64,000 bases of DNA from a virus: positions 31,021 to 95,020 of IMG/VR virus record IMGVR_UViG_3300031548_000001; one strand, 5' to 3'. Numbering within the stretch: position 1 is the first letter of the stretch; the number at the start of each line of letters is the position of its first letter. Under the pieces are notes generated by a model. It was not told the origin of the DNA. It ran no database searches and saw only the letters and a program-made list of their open reading frames with translations. The position numbers were made by a program, and so were the translations under genes. This document shows positions 27,859 through 37,634 of this stretch, one piece after another.

Positions 27859-28139
27859 ATCGTTTCGGGTTCGGGTTTCGGATCAATGCTCAGAGGCAAT
27901 GCTGCCGCCGCGCTTCAGACGTGTTGGTGTGGGCGCGTTCAGTATCCTGTCAAAACCTACGTGCTTTTTTGTTTTGCCCGCTGGGCATTACAGCGCCGGG
28001 GGAGGCTCACGGCGGCCCGACTTGGCTTCTGTGCCGTGGCCCAGTCTCAATAAGCTGGTCTCGACCCGCGTTTCCCGACACTTTGAGCTGCCTTATTGAG
28101 ACTGACAGCTCTTTAATGCGCAGGCTTTGCGGTGGGCGC

Positions 28140-28168
28140 TTGACCATGTGGGGGCATGAACGCACACG
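28140..28168 (+). promoter_or_regulatory. Promoter TTGACC-N17-CACACG for the PEP-CTERM gene
   Basis: ATG 7 nt after the -10 element. Confidence 0.5.
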
Positions 28169-28175
28169 TAATAGC

Positions 28176-28892
28176 ATGAAACTCAGGACGATTGCATGGG
28201 CGGCGATGCTTGGTTGCGTCCAATGCCATGCCGCAATCACGAACCTTTTCAGCCTGGGCTTCGATAATCCGGCTGAACCATGGGCCAACTCTGGCACAGT
28301 GTCGTTCACGAACACGGTGGGTAGCCCGGCTGACGGTGTGCTGGATGGCAGTAGCTACGCCTATGGCACCGACTTTGAAGGGACGCTGAGTGGCAACTAT
28401 GGCGTGCAGCTGTGGATCAAGAACCCGGGACTGGTGGGTGAGGGGGAAGACGTCGTGGTGATCTCGATTGGGAATCCTGACACGGATGGCATCTCGCTAC
28501 GATACAACCCCGCAGAGGGCGGATACTTTTCGGCTGTTGGCAATGGCATGGGCGGCGGCGGCGTCTTCAGTGCCGAGCATAGCTTGAGCGAGTGGACGCA
28601 CGTCGGGCTGGTCTATGCTGGCAGCTTCTTCATCTACATCGACGGCGTGCTGGCCGGGACGGTATCCGCTCCGGTGATTGATCCGACGTCGGAATGGTAT
28701 CTGTTCACGAGCGGCGCGACGGCTACCAAGCTGTCAGGCACTGTGGCCGGGATTAATGCCTTCGTCTTTGAGCAGGATGGCTTCGTGGCTGAGGAGGATC
28801 TGGCAATCTTCGCGATACCTGAGCCAGCGTCATGGGCTGGGCTGGCGGGCTTCGCCGTGCTTGGCGTGGCTGTGTGGCGTCGGCGGCGCTGA
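28176..28892 (+). CDS. PEP-CTERM surface protein with LamG-like domain
   Basis: Signal peptide MKLRTIAWAAMLG...; WTHVGLV...YIDG LamG motif; C-terminal IPEPASWAGLAGFAVLGVAVWRRRR. Confidence 0.9.
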   Translation: MKLRTIAWAAMLGCVQCHAAITNLFSLGFDNPAEPWANSGTVSFTNTVGSPADGVLDGSSYAYGTDFEGTLSGNYGVQLWIKNPGLVGEGEDVVVISIGNPDTDGISLRYNPAEGGYFSAVGNGMGGGGVFSAEHSLSEWTHVGLVYAGSFFIYIDGVLAGTVSAPVIDPTSEWYLFTSGATATKLSGTVAGINAFVFEQDGFVAEEDLAIFAIPEPASWAGLAGFAVLGVAVWRRRR

Positions 28893-28957
28893 GGGCGCTG
28901 GCTCGGCGCCGGTAAGTGCTGCTTGCCGATATGGTCGCGCCGTGCGAATAGTGTCCG

Positions 28958-29377
28958 GTGAAGGTCACAGCCATTTACCGCCACCATCCCACGGCCTCGC
29001 TTTCTGTGCCGCTGGCTGGTTCTTGCGTGGCCGCCGGCTTCCCAAGCCCAGCTGACGACTACGCGGAGCAGCCACTAGACCTGTCGGCTTACCTAGTGAA
29101 AAATCCCGCGGCCACGATGCTGGTGCGGGCGAGGGGAGCGTCGATGCGAGACGCCGGTATAAATGACGGGGATCTGCTCGTTGTTGATCGGTCCGTTGAA
29201 GCCACAGATGGTCGCGTCGTCATTGCTGTGGTTGACGGAGAATTCACGGTGAAGCGTCTGCGGCGGCGCGGGGGCAATGTTTGGCTCGCAGCCGCCAACG
29301 AAAAATTCAAGGACATCCCGGTATCAGGTGACGACATGATCTGGGGCGTCGTGGTGCACTCGATCCATTCTCTCTGA
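28958..29377 (+). CDS. umuD: UmuD-like S24 autopeptidase
   Basis: VAAGFPSPADDY cleavage site, GASM catalytic Ser, FTVKRL catalytic Lys. Confidence 0.92.
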   Translation: MKVTAIYRHHPTASLSVPLAGSCVAAGFPSPADDYAEQPLDLSAYLVKNPAATMLVRARGASMRDAGINDGDLLVVDRSVEATDGRVVIAVVDGEFTVKRLRRRGGNVWLAAANEKFKDIPVSGDDMIWGVVVHSIHSL

Positions 29378-30078
29378 TGTGCGGGCGTTACACCATCAAG
29401 GACGTGAAGGCCGCAGCGATCGCTTACGGCGTTGCCGCTTCGGTGCTCGAGTCTATTGGTCCGCGATTCAACGTGGCGCCGTCACAGATGTTGCCGGTCA
29501 TTCGTCCAGAAGGTGACGGCGTTACCGGAGAACTCATGAAGTGGGGCCTCGTTCCTTTCTGGGACAAGTCCGAGAAGCCTAAGATCGCGCCCATCAATGC
29601 CAGGGTGGAGGATGTGTTGAGCAAGCCGGCGTTCCGCCAGTCAGTGCAGAAGCGTCGGTGTTTGGTGGTAGCCGATGGGTTTTTTGAGTGGCAGAAGCTG
29701 GATGAGCACACAAAGGTTCCATTCCATATCCAACTGCGCGGCGGTCACCCGTTTTCATTCGCTGGGATCTATGAGGCTGCGACGGACCTTCGACCGGCCT
29801 CCTTCGCCATCCTAACCACCGGGCCGAATTCTCTTACGGCTCGGATTCACAATCGGATGCCCTTGATTCTCTCTCCGACGGCCGAAAAGCGTTGGCTTGC
29901 TCCGGGATCTATCAGCGCGTCTGACATCGACGCATTCGCCACTCCACTGCCGTCAGAGGAGATGGAAGCATTCCCAGTCTCTCGCCTCGTGAACAACACC
30001 CGCAACGATGCGCCCGGGTGTGTCGAGCTAGTTCCCATTGAGCAGGCTGGGGAAGACGGTGGGCAAAACAGCAGATGA
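29377..30078 (+). CDS. SOS response-associated peptidase (SRAP)
   Basis: MCGRY N-terminus, NVAPSQ, WGLVP, INAR, RRCLV.ADGFFEW, HNRMP. Confidence 0.95.
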   Translation: MCGRYTIKDVKAAAIAYGVAASVLESIGPRFNVAPSQMLPVIRPEGDGVTGELMKWGLVPFWDKSEKPKIAPINARVEDVLSKPAFRQSVQKRRCLVVADGFFEWQKLDEHTKVPFHIQLRGGHPFSFAGIYEAATDLRPASFAILTTGPNSLTARIHNRMPLILSPTAEKRWLAPGSISASDIDAFATPLPSEEMEAFPVSRLVNNTRNDAPGCVELVPIEQAGEDGGQNSR

Positions 30079-30081
30079 GCC

Positions 30082-31350
30082 ATGTTCGCCCTTATCGACT
30101 GCAACAACTTCTACGCATCGTGTGAGCGGGTTTTTCGGCCGTCGCTGAACGGGAAGCCAGTCGTCGTCCTGAGCAACAACGATGGATGTGTGATCGCCCG
30201 GAGCAACGAGGCGAAAGCCCTCGGGATCGAGATGGGCGATGCATGGCACCTGAACCGAGCGAAGTTCGAGGCGTGGGGCGTAGCCGTTTTCTCTTCCAAC
30301 TATGCGCTCTACGGTGACATGTCCCGGCGCGTGAAGGCGACCCTTGGACTGTTCGCTCAGGAGCTTGAGGCATATTCGATCGACGAATGCTTTCTTCGCT
30401 TCGGTCGCGGCGGCGACTGGGTGGACTTGGGGCAACAGATAAAGAAGACGGTGCGCCAGCACACCGGCATTCCTGTGAGCTGCGGCTTTGCTCCTACAAA
30501 GGTGCTGGCGAAATTGGCCAACCGCACCGCCAAGAAACGCCCTGAGCACGGCGGCGTGTTTGTGGCTCCGGATGTCGGTGCTGAGCGTGATCAGTGGCTT
30601 GCCAGCTTCGAGGTTCGGGACGTGTGGGGTGTTGGTCGCCAGCTGTCGGGCCGACTTTTGGCGGCCGGCGTGCGGACGGCATTGGACCTCTCACGCATGG
30701 CTGATGACGTTGCCAGGCGGATGATGAGCGTGGTCGGGGCCCGCATCGTTGCTGAGCTACGAGGGGATTCCTGTCTGGCGATCGAGGAAGTGGCACCACC
30801 AAAGAAGGGTATGTGCAGCGCGAAAAGCTTCGGCGTGGCACTGACCGAGTTGGAGGAGTTGCGCGAGCCTGTCGCCGCTTACGTGTCTCGATTGGCCGAA
30901 AAGCTGCGCGGAGAGGGTAGCGTGTGCGGTCACCTGCGAGTCTTCCTTGAGACGAACCCGTTTTCGCCCGGCGATCCTCAATATTACCCGTCGGCTGGCC
31001 GTGACCTGCTCACAGCCACCAACTTCACACCTACGCTTTGTGAGGTGGCCGGCAGCCTGCTCGAACGAATCTACCGCCCCGGGTATCGCTACAAGAAGGT
31101 GGGCGTGATGGCGCTGGAAATAGGGCCCGCCGGTGAGGCGCAGCTCGGATTTGATGCTCCATCACCGGATGAATTGGATCGTCGGAGTCGCCTGATGGCG
31201 GCGATGGATCGGGTAAACAGGCAGTTTGGCCGAGGTTCCGTGTCAGTCGGATCTGCAGGCGGACGAGCACCAAGCTGGCGGATGCGGCAGGCGTTATGCA
31301 GTCCGGCTTACACGACAAGGTGGGCGGATCTGCCCGTTGTGGAAATGTAG
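30082..31350 (+). CDS. umuC: Y-family DNA polymerase UmuC
   Basis: [31 protein letters not shown]...SP.YTT.W. Confidence 0.95.
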   Translation: MFALIDCNNFYASCERVFRPSLNGKPVVVLSNNDGCVIARSNEAKALGIEMGDAWHLNRAKFEAWGVAVFSSNYALYGDMSRRVKATLGLFAQELEAYSIDECFLRFGRGGDWVDLGQQIKKTVRQHTGIPVSCGFAPTKVLAKLANRTAKKRPEHGGVFVAPDVGAERDQWLASFEVRDVWGVGRQLSGRLLAAGVRTALDLSRMADDVARRMMSVVGARIVAELRGDSCLAIEEVAPPKKGMCSAKSFGVALTELEELREPVAAYVSRLAEKLRGEGSVCGHLRVFLETNPFSPGDPQYYPSAGRDLLTATNFTPTLCEVAGSLLERIYRPGYRYKKVGVMALEIGPAGEAQLGFDAPSPDELDRRSRLMAAMDRVNRQFGRGSVSVGSAGGRAPSWRMRQALCSPAYTTRWADLPVVEM

Positions 31351-31352
31351 GG

Positions 31353-31604
31353 TTAATCAGCCGATATTGTTCCGCCCACCATATCAGCTGCACTGATTCG
31401 GCCGGCTTCACACCGCTCATTGAGTTGGCCCTGAGTGATAGTCGCAGCCACGAGATTGGATGCTTCTGTCGTTGCACCCGGACCTGGTGGTGGAGGGACG
31501 ATTCCAGCGACTATGCCTTCTGCCATCTTTGTGACGTCATTCATGCTCTGGCATCCTTGGGTAGGAGTGGTTTGCCAGTGCGCTTTTCGTATTCCTGTGA
31601 TCAT
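31353..31604 (-). CDS. Hypothetical protein
   Basis: ATGA overlap at 31601-31604. Confidence 0.35.
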   Translation of the reverse strand: MITGIRKAHWQTTPTQGCQSMNDVTKMAEGIVAGIVPPPPGPGATTEASNLVAATITQGQLNERCEAGRISAADMVGGTISAD

Positions 31605-31960
31605 GGCGTGGGTGGATTGCGCGTTGCAGCTGGCGTGGCATTGGTGGCGGCATCGGTGGCAGACGTGGCGGCTGGGGTAGCCGACTGAGCCGCTGGAGTA
31701 TTGTCTGAGCTGAGCAATTCGACTCGGGCCATAGCCCATGAACGCGCCTTGTGATCGACACCGAGAAATCCAGTGCGATATAACCAACGACGAATGGGAC
31801 GTTTTTTGTAAAATTCGTCTATGGCTGCCCACATTCTTTCACCAAAAAAGATAGCATCACTCATGTCGCTAGATTCGATACGTGCAGTTGTGATTGAGCG
31901 GTCCTGAATAATCCCAGTCGTGATTTGGGTATTTGGTATCTTTGCTGATTGGTGCTTCAT
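31601..31960 (-). CDS. Hypothetical protein
   Basis: Coupled ORF. Confidence 0.45.
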   Translation of the reverse strand: MKHQSAKIPNTQITTGIIQDRSITTARIESSDMSDAIFFGERMWAAIDEFYKKRPIRRWLYRTGFLGVDHKARSWAMARVELLSSDNTPAAQSATPAATSATDAATNATPAATRNPPTP

Positions 31961-32160
31961 GACTTTGGTGGCTCTTGGTCGAGCCGGCGAATCTCGTGCT
32001 TGTCGCAGGTGTCCTTGAACTTTTGAGCTGCTGCGCCTACCGCTGAGATGGATTGGGCCATCGTCTCAAAGTGCATCCGCAGTCTGAGTGACATGCACAG
32101 CAGTCGCGTGTTCACGCGGCGCAGCGCTCGCTCTTCTTCCGGTGAGTGGTATTCAGGCAT
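31957..32160 (-). CDS. Hypothetical protein
   Basis: Coupled ORF. Confidence 0.45.
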   Translation of the reverse strand: MPEYHSPEEERALRRVNTRLLCMSLRLRMHFETMAQSISAVGAAAQKFKDTCDKHEIRRLDQEPPKS

Positions 32161-32413
32161 GACTTAAATTATCCATAGGAGGCTTATCGTTCGGGGTTTC
32201 TATTTCATCCCACTCGGCCAGTTCGCTGCTGCAGTTTTCATCGAATACAAGCGGATGGCCCCGATGCTCGAAGAGGAATGCGTTCAGCGCCTCCATCGTG
32301 TGCGGCTGGCCATAGTATAATGTCGTGCTTTCATGTCCGCTCGCATTGCTGGCTTGTGCTATCCAGAGGTGCTTACGGCACTGCCGGCATCCGATTGAGT
32401 ATGTTCGGCTCAT
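32153..32413 (-). CDS. Small Zn-binding protein
   Basis: MSRTYSIGCRQC...FL.EH.GH. Confidence 0.55.
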   Translation of the reverse strand: MSRTYSIGCRQCRKHLWIAQASNASGHESTTLYYGQPHTMEALNAFLFEHRGHPLVFDENCSSELAEWDEIETPNDKPPMDNLSHA

Positions 32414-32418
32414 TTGGG

Positions 32419-32853
32419 CTAAGATAGGAGCGCACGAATTTTGGCCAATCGTTCTTTTCCGAACGTCGCGCCTTTGGATGTTTCCCACCATCCATTATCG
32501 GCACTCGCTTCCTCCTTATCTATGCCTTCGAGAATAGCTTCGATTCGCTCAAGCGCTTCTTTCTTTGGGATCATATCTCCGGTTTTCAATTTGGGATTTT
32601 CACCCGGCAACGGTGGCAACTCCTGCCACGCGATCACCTCAAGGTTCTCCAAGTTTCCGGTATCGTATCGGTATTCCTGTTTCTGCCAGTATTCGCTTTC
32701 GACCTCTGAAGTAGCACCCCAGCCCGGGACGTATTCCGTTTCGATGCAGTAACGCTTAATAACCCACTGCGGCTTAGCGGGCCTATCCTTTTCGTAGCCC
32801 GCCCATTCATAGACGCAGGCAAGATAAAGACCGGGTTTTTTCGGGTTTTTCAT
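32419..32853 (-). CDS. Hypothetical protein (DUF551-like)
   Basis: P...G.YL and VIAWQELP motifs. Confidence 0.5.
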   Translation of the reverse strand: MKNPKKPGLYLACVYEWAGYEKDRPAKPQWVIKRYCIETEYVPGWGATSEVESEYWQKQEYRYDTGNLENLEVIAWQELPPLPGENPKLKTGDMIPKKEALERIEAILEGIDKEEASADNGWWETSKGATFGKERLAKIRALLS

Positions 32854-32912
32854 TCTGGTGCTAGTTACTGGTTGACGGTAAATTCCGCCGCGCAGGTAGG
32901 TGTGTAGCGAAT

Positions 32913-33212
32913 TCAGTTCCACTTATCGAGGTGATCGTAATTCGGCATCGGCAGCCATCCTATCGGAGTCATCCAGTCTATCTGCTCCTGAGTGACTGAG
33001 TGCCGGTATGACCACCAGCCAACTGCCTCCGGATCATTACTCCCACTGTTATGTTCCTCACCCCCATTGTTCCACCAACAAAGACGAACAACCGGAACCG
33101 AGGCCGAGTCAAAAAGCACGAGTATGTAACCATCACTGTGCTTTGGCGCGGTTTCTATAGGGTGCCATTTTGCAATATCTGGAGAGAGATATGTCGGGTC
33201 AGACGATGCCAT
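32913..33212 (-). CDS. DUF551-like protein
   Basis: WHPIETAPK...P.GW.P.P. Confidence 0.6.
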   Translation of the reverse strand: MASSDPTYLSPDIAKWHPIETAPKHSDGYILVLFDSASVPVVRLCWWNNGGEEHNSGSNDPEAVGWWSYRHSVTQEQIDWMTPIGWLPMPNYDHLDKWN

Positions 33213-33216
33213 GAGT

Positions 33217-34398
33217 TTATCCTTTGAGACGATAGTTTGCACCGCACAGGTAGTCCAGACGGCGTTCAGAGACGATGAATCGACGGTCGAGGCGTAGGGC
33301 TGCCTCAGCTACTTTTCCGCTGCCGCCAAAGAAATCAGCCACCAGGTCGTCGGGTTCAGTGGTCAGGCTGATAAAGAACTCGGCGAGCTTGATCGGCATC
33401 ATCGCCGGGTGCGCCTCCATCCGGTTGGCCGCGCAGAACGCCCGGTAGCCTGCGTCACGGTCGGGCGTCAGCGTGTGGACGTTCGATGGTATGGCGCCGC
33501 CGGCGTCACGGGTGAACCGCTGGCCGCGGGTTTTGATCTTCGATGGCGTGTGCGTCTCGACGAACTGGCCGCCGCCGGTGATAAGGGAGCGGTGCCGCGG
33601 CGTGTATGGATTGAGCACGCGCAGGTTGCTGCACTTCGTCTTGCCGGTCGCGCTCAGCAGATACACCTGCTCGATCGCATTGAAGCAGTGGGTGCGCGAC
33701 TGGGTGACGTGCGACGACGTGCGCGGCTTGGTCGGTGACACCCAGATGTGTTCGTCAACGAGGTGCCAGCCAAGCCGGTCCGTAAGCGCGGTGAGCAGGC
33801 GATGCTGATACGGGTTCCGGCACGGCTGACCCGGGAGAAATGCCGGACCGAGGTTCAGGACGAATGTGCCGTCGGCCGTCAGCTTGGGGCGGATTGCCTG
33901 GATGTGGTCGATCAGCGTGTTCAGGTAGTTCGCAGGTCCCCATTCCGGCATGCCCTTATCGTAGTCGCGTTCACGGACCAGCGGGTAGGGCGGCGACGTG
34001 ATCACGCTCGTGACCGTGCCATCCTCGATGTAATTGAGGGCACTCTTCGCCTCCGACCACAGCAGGCAACCCTCCGGTGACGCATACACGGTGATGACGA
34101 CGCCGGCCTTCGCTACGAGGTCAGTCTTCGATCCGTCCTCGGTGAGCTTCCACAGACCGCGCACGTCCGGGGAGATGAGCTCGGCGAGGACAGCGTTCTG
34201 GCGGGTCCAGCGGACGCGGCGGTCGAACAGGTTGACTCGCTGCCCGTCGGCCATGGTCGCAGTGGCGCCGCGGGTCTCCCGTGGCAGGCCGATGCAATCG
34301 GCGACGGCTTCGCAGGCGTCCTTGGCGGTCATCGGGCCCGCCGTCCGCAGCAGGTTGATGAGCGGCAGCAGGAGTTGGCCTTGGGTGGGGAGGGTCAT
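33217..34398 (-). CDS. Mrr_N winged helix fused to a beta-class N4C/N6A DNA methyltransferase
   Basis: LP....LLLPL, RVRW...L....RGLW.LT..G; then TSPPY, HPA.MP, DFFGGSG. Confidence 0.85.
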   Translation of the reverse strand: MTLPTQGQLLLPLINLLRTAGPMTAKDACEAVADCIGLPRETRGATATMADGQRVNLFDRRVRWTRQNAVLAELISPDVRGLWKLTEDGSKTDLVAKAGVVITVYASPEGCLLWSEAKSALNYIEDGTVTSVITSPPYPLVRERDYDKGMPEWGPANYLNTLIDHIQAIRPKLTADGTFVLNLGPAFLPGQPCRNPYQHRLLTALTDRLGWHLVDEHIWVSPTKPRTSSHVTQSRTHCFNAIEQVYLLSATGKTKCSNLRVLNPYTPRHRSLITGGGQFVETHTPSKIKTRGQRFTRDAGGAIPSNVHTLTPDRDAGYRAFCAANRMEAHPAMMPIKLAEFFISLTTEPDDLVADFFGGSGKVAEAALRLDRRFIVSERRLDYLCGANYRLKG

Positions 34399-34412
34399 AA
34401 TAACCTCTAGTG

Positions 34413-35054
34413 CTATCCCCAATACGCGCAGGGGTTTTCAAAGTCGGGGTAGTTGCTTCTCAAGTAGTCGAAACACGCCCGGCGGGCTTCATCTTGTTTT
34501 TCTTGGCGCCGCCCAGCCTCCGTCCTGTCGCCACCCCAGTCTGGGCACTCCAAGCCGCTGACCTTGAAGTCGACTTCGCCACACTCGTCTTTAACACTGA
34601 ACGTTTGAAGCGGTTCCGCGTAGTCGTTCGTCACGCTAAAGCGTGGCGTGAGATAAGCGTGAGCGCGACGGTCGTAGAAGGCAGCCTTGTAGAAGATAAT
34701 GCCTCGCACCCGGCCTTTATCGTCCACGATTTCGCTCCCCATGCTGTGGTCGGTAGGACGCTTCTTCCACCCGGTCGGGAATTTGGCCTCCACGAAGATT
34801 TCATCGACGATCTTTCCAAATTGGAAGCCGAGCCCTTCCCACGGCTTCCTAACATCCTCGATGCTGGTGTTGCGTCGCTGGCCGAGTTCGAGCGGCAGCG
34901 TTTCGCGCTCTGCCTGTTCAAGCTGACCGGCTTTCTCTTGGGCTTCGATTCCTCCAGGCGTGATCGCCGCCATGAAGTTTTTGATGTTGCCGTCTTGCGC
35001 GGCTCGCAGGGCGGCCGGTGTCATTATGCGTTCGTTGTCTTGGATGATTCTCAT
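34413..35054 (-). CDS. Conserved phage hypothetical protein
   Basis: PGGIEAQEK.GQ, P.GW....TDH, R..IFYKAAFYDR. Confidence 0.65.
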   Translation of the reverse strand: MRIIQDNERIMTPAALRAAQDGNIKNFMAAITPGGIEAQEKAGQLEQAERETLPLELGQRRNTSIEDVRKPWEGLGFQFGKIVDEIFVEAKFPTGWKKRPTDHSMGSEIVDDKGRVRGIIFYKAAFYDRRAHAYLTPRFSVTNDYAEPLQTFSVKDECGEVDFKVSGLECPDWGGDRTEAGRRQEKQDEARRACFDYLRSNYPDFENPCAYWG

Positions 35055-35088
35055 CGGGAAAATTGGATGCTATCAAGCAGGTGAGTTT

Positions 35089-36219
35089 TCATTGGACGGT
35101 CTTTTTATCGGCCCCGTTGAACAGCCCGAGGCAGATGGCGCCGGCCTGGGTCAGCACCATGATCACGACGAGGAGCCACACGTGCTTCGCTCGCGGTTTC
35201 AAATCGAGGTAGTCAAATTTGTGCCAGCCGACCGGCTTGTAGTGTGCACGAACGATGCGATCGATGTCTGACAGAATGGCGTCCGTGACTGGCTTGGTTA
35301 TCAGCAGCGTCTCAAGTTCACGCTTCACCCGGGCCTGCTCGGTCCACCCGAAAACGTAGCTCCAGCCGTCGCCATAAGTCAGGACGAGGTCGTTTTTCTT
35401 TCCACCTACCCACTTCGCCTCAAGCTTTCGCGCCTCTGCCGGAGACGGCATCCGGGCGATGATCAGGTTAACCATTTTATGGGGTCCAAGCCGACCCATC
35501 ATCTGATCCCATTTGTAGGTATCGATGGGCGAGGCAAACACCCGGTTGCTGCGCCATGAGTCTGCCGCGCCGGGATAATCAGGAAGCCGATTCGCTTCCT
35601 CCGGAGTCAGCGGAGCGTAGCTGAACACGGACGGAGAGGCTTTGACTCGGTTCTCGAACGCAACGCCCTTGATGACCGGCTCGACGTAACGGGATGTGTT
35701 CTGCACGAAGTAGTCGTTGGGATCGCCGCCCACATGCGTGGAGCCCGTCTTCATCGTGGAGCGATCGCCACGCCTCGACTGAACCTGAGCGCCAAGCTTT
35801 CTGACGAGCTCGTCGTATTTGGCGCGGCTGATCGACAGCGAGAGGTCGATGTTCGAGAATGCCGTCCAGCGGTCCGGGTGTGTGGCGTGGCGCGTCTCGT
35901 AGTGACTGAACACGCGGCGTGTGTGGGTCCGTCGGTTCTTGCCGACGCCCGTTCTGTAGGTCTCGGTGCGATAGATCGCCTCCTTGTAGCGCTCGCGCCA
36001 TTCGGGCCGATACTCCACGCGAGTGATCTCTCCGCTCCACACCTCCTCATCGGCGGTCATGCCGGCCGCTACGGACCAGTGCATAATTCCGGCCACGATG
36101 AAGGCGACGGCTGAATTGAGGGCCCACTCCCAAACCGTATAGCGGCGGTCGAACCACCAGAGCAGTCCGCCGACAACCAGCGGAATCAGGGCCAAGAAAT
36201 AGAAGGCGGCAAAGGTCAT
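35089..36219 (-). CDS. Membrane protein with TPM-like domain
   Basis: Two N-terminal and one C-terminal TM helices; LEAKWVGGKKNDLVL. Confidence 0.65.
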   Translation of the reverse strand: MTFAAFYFLALIPLVVGGLLWWFDRRYTVWEWALNSAVAFIVAGIMHWSVAAGMTADEEVWSGEITRVEYRPEWRERYKEAIYRTETYRTGVGKNRRTHTRRVFSHYETRHATHPDRWTAFSNIDLSLSISRAKYDELVRKLGAQVQSRRGDRSTMKTGSTHVGGDPNDYFVQNTSRYVEPVIKGVAFENRVKASPSVFSYAPLTPEEANRLPDYPGAADSWRSNRVFASPIDTYKWDQMMGRLGPHKMVNLIIARMPSPAEARKLEAKWVGGKKNDLVLTYGDGWSYVFGWTEQARVKRELETLLITKPVTDAILSDIDRIVRAHYKPVGWHKFDYLDLKPRAKHVWLLVVIMVLTQAGAICLGLFNGADKKTVQ

Positions 36220-36785
36220 TTCTTTGGGAATAGGTCGAGGGCTTCGTCGCGGCCGGTTTCAAACGCCCGGGCAGTATCGGCGGTGGTGATGACGATGGGC
36301 TTTATCCGCTCGAAGTTGCCGAATACCTTCAGCACGAGCCCGGACGGTTGGGTATCGAGGTTGGTGTTGTAGGCGCGGGAGATGTCCACGAGTTCCTTTT
36401 GCCGCTCGGTCCAGCTATCACGGGTGGCGGAGATGATATTCTGCAGGTTCTTGAACGTGGTCTGGTCAACGTTCGGGATGGACTCCTGAACCCATCGCAT
36501 GATGGCACCGTTGCTTTCCGGCGTGCGGGCCGCGGCATAGCCATTGAAGAGCTGCGCCAGGCTCTCCATCTGCGCGGTGCTGACGCGGGCAGCTTCGGGC
36601 AGTTTGGACTTCAGGTTGCTCAGGTCAGCGCGGTTGGCTTCCACCTTGGAGGAATACAAATTCCAGAGGCGTTGTTGCGTGTTATAGGTGCTGAGGCAGT
36701 AAACGCCAGAAACGACCGCGAAGATCGTGACGATGGAGACAAGGGCGACAGCGCCGCCGATGATTAGTTTGGTTTGGTTTTTCAT
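36216..36785 (-). CDS. LemA-like membrane protein
   Basis: N-terminal TM, YN....L, I...R......Q....D....YN.....P. Confidence 0.65.
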   Translation of the reverse strand: MKNQTKLIIGGAVALVSIVTIFAVVSGVYCLSTYNTQQRLWNLYSSKVEANRADLSNLKSKLPEAARVSTAQMESLAQLFNGYAAARTPESNGAIMRWVQESIPNVDQTTFKNLQNIISATRDSWTERQKELVDISRAYNTNLDTQPSGLVLKVFGNFERIKPIVITTADTARAFETGRDEALDLFPKK

Positions 36786-36819
36786 GGGTGAAAATTCGGT
36801 TGTGTGAGCAGTGGTCTGT

Positions 36820-37479
36820 TCAGTCCTCGATGGGCAGACCCTTGACGATGCGATCCCAGGCAGCTTCGGCGGATTCCAGAAGCCCGCACCGGAGCTCCAG
36901 CCGCACGACGTCAAACTCGGCGTCGGTCGTCCCGATCACGAATTTAGGGAACGTCTTGAACGGCGTCTCGATGAGGTAGCGGAAGCGGTCACCGGCACGC
37001 TCGAGTCGAACCACGCGCTTGATGTCATCCTCCTGCTCCATCTTGGCGCGGAGCTCGGCCATGATCAGGTCACAGTCGAGATATGCATTCAGCAGCTTAG
37101 CGTCGTAGAAGATCAAACAATCCTCTTTCTGGCCCTCTTTGACGAAGAACTTGAAGCCCATGAATTCATGTTCGCCAGGCTTCGGCTTGGTCTGACGCTT
37201 GATCTCATCCAGAAGCACCTGTGACTTCACGGTGATGCCGGCGACCACAGGTTGCTTCAAATCCTCCATGATCCGAAGCAGCTTCTCAGAGTCGAAGTTG
37301 GACGAATCTTCCGGCAGGCTTGGCGTGTTCGTCGCCATTCCATTAATCACGAATTTAGCCATGGTCAGGCTGTCGATATGGTCGCGAAGTCGAAGGCTAA
37401 GATCCTTGGAGACCTCGGGGTCAACCGATCCTTCGTCGGCAATGACGGAGAAACTTTTCTTGAGTGTTATCGGGTTCAT
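36820..37479 (-). CDS. Hypothetical protein
   Basis: CCCGAA leader. Confidence 0.6.
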   Translation of the reverse strand: MNPITLKKSFSVIADEGSVDPEVSKDLSLRLRDHIDSLTMAKFVINGMATNTPSLPEDSSNFDSEKLLRIMEDLKQPVVAGITVKSQVLLDEIKRQTKPKPGEHEFMGFKFFVKEGQKEDCLIFYDAKLLNAYLDCDLIMAELRAKMEQEDDIKRVVRLERAGDRFRYLIETPFKTFPKFVIGTTDAEFDVVRLELRCGLLESAEAAWDRIVKGLPIED

Positions 37480-37500
37480 TTCGTTTCGGGTTTCGGGTGT

Positions 37501-37629
37501 CTATCGCAGGTTTTCAGGTCTGAAGCCGCCTGCCGGTCTTCGGTCCTCAGCCCAGTTGTAGAGCTTGTAACCGATGTGCCAAAGCAAGCGCATCCATGCG
37601 CAATAGAGGTGAGGGAGGTGACGTTTCAT
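37501..37629 (-). CDS. 42-aa hypothetical protein (below ORF-track cutoff)
   Basis: MKRHLPHLYCAWMRLLWHIGYKLYNWAEDRRPAGGFRPENLR fills the gap exactly. Confidence 0.5.
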   Translation of the reverse strand: MKRHLPHLYCAWMRLLWHIGYKLYNWAEDRRPAGGFRPENLR

Positions 37630-37634
37630 CGCCT

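Noticed and set aside
27774-28175. N-terminal extension of the PEP-CTERM ORF in the track
   Set aside because: Overlaps a minus-strand gene and its leader; signal peptide and promoter place the start at 28176
28893-28957. LexA box upstream of umuD
   Set aside because: No TGTTC-N4-GAACA or CTGT-N8-ACAG palindrome visible
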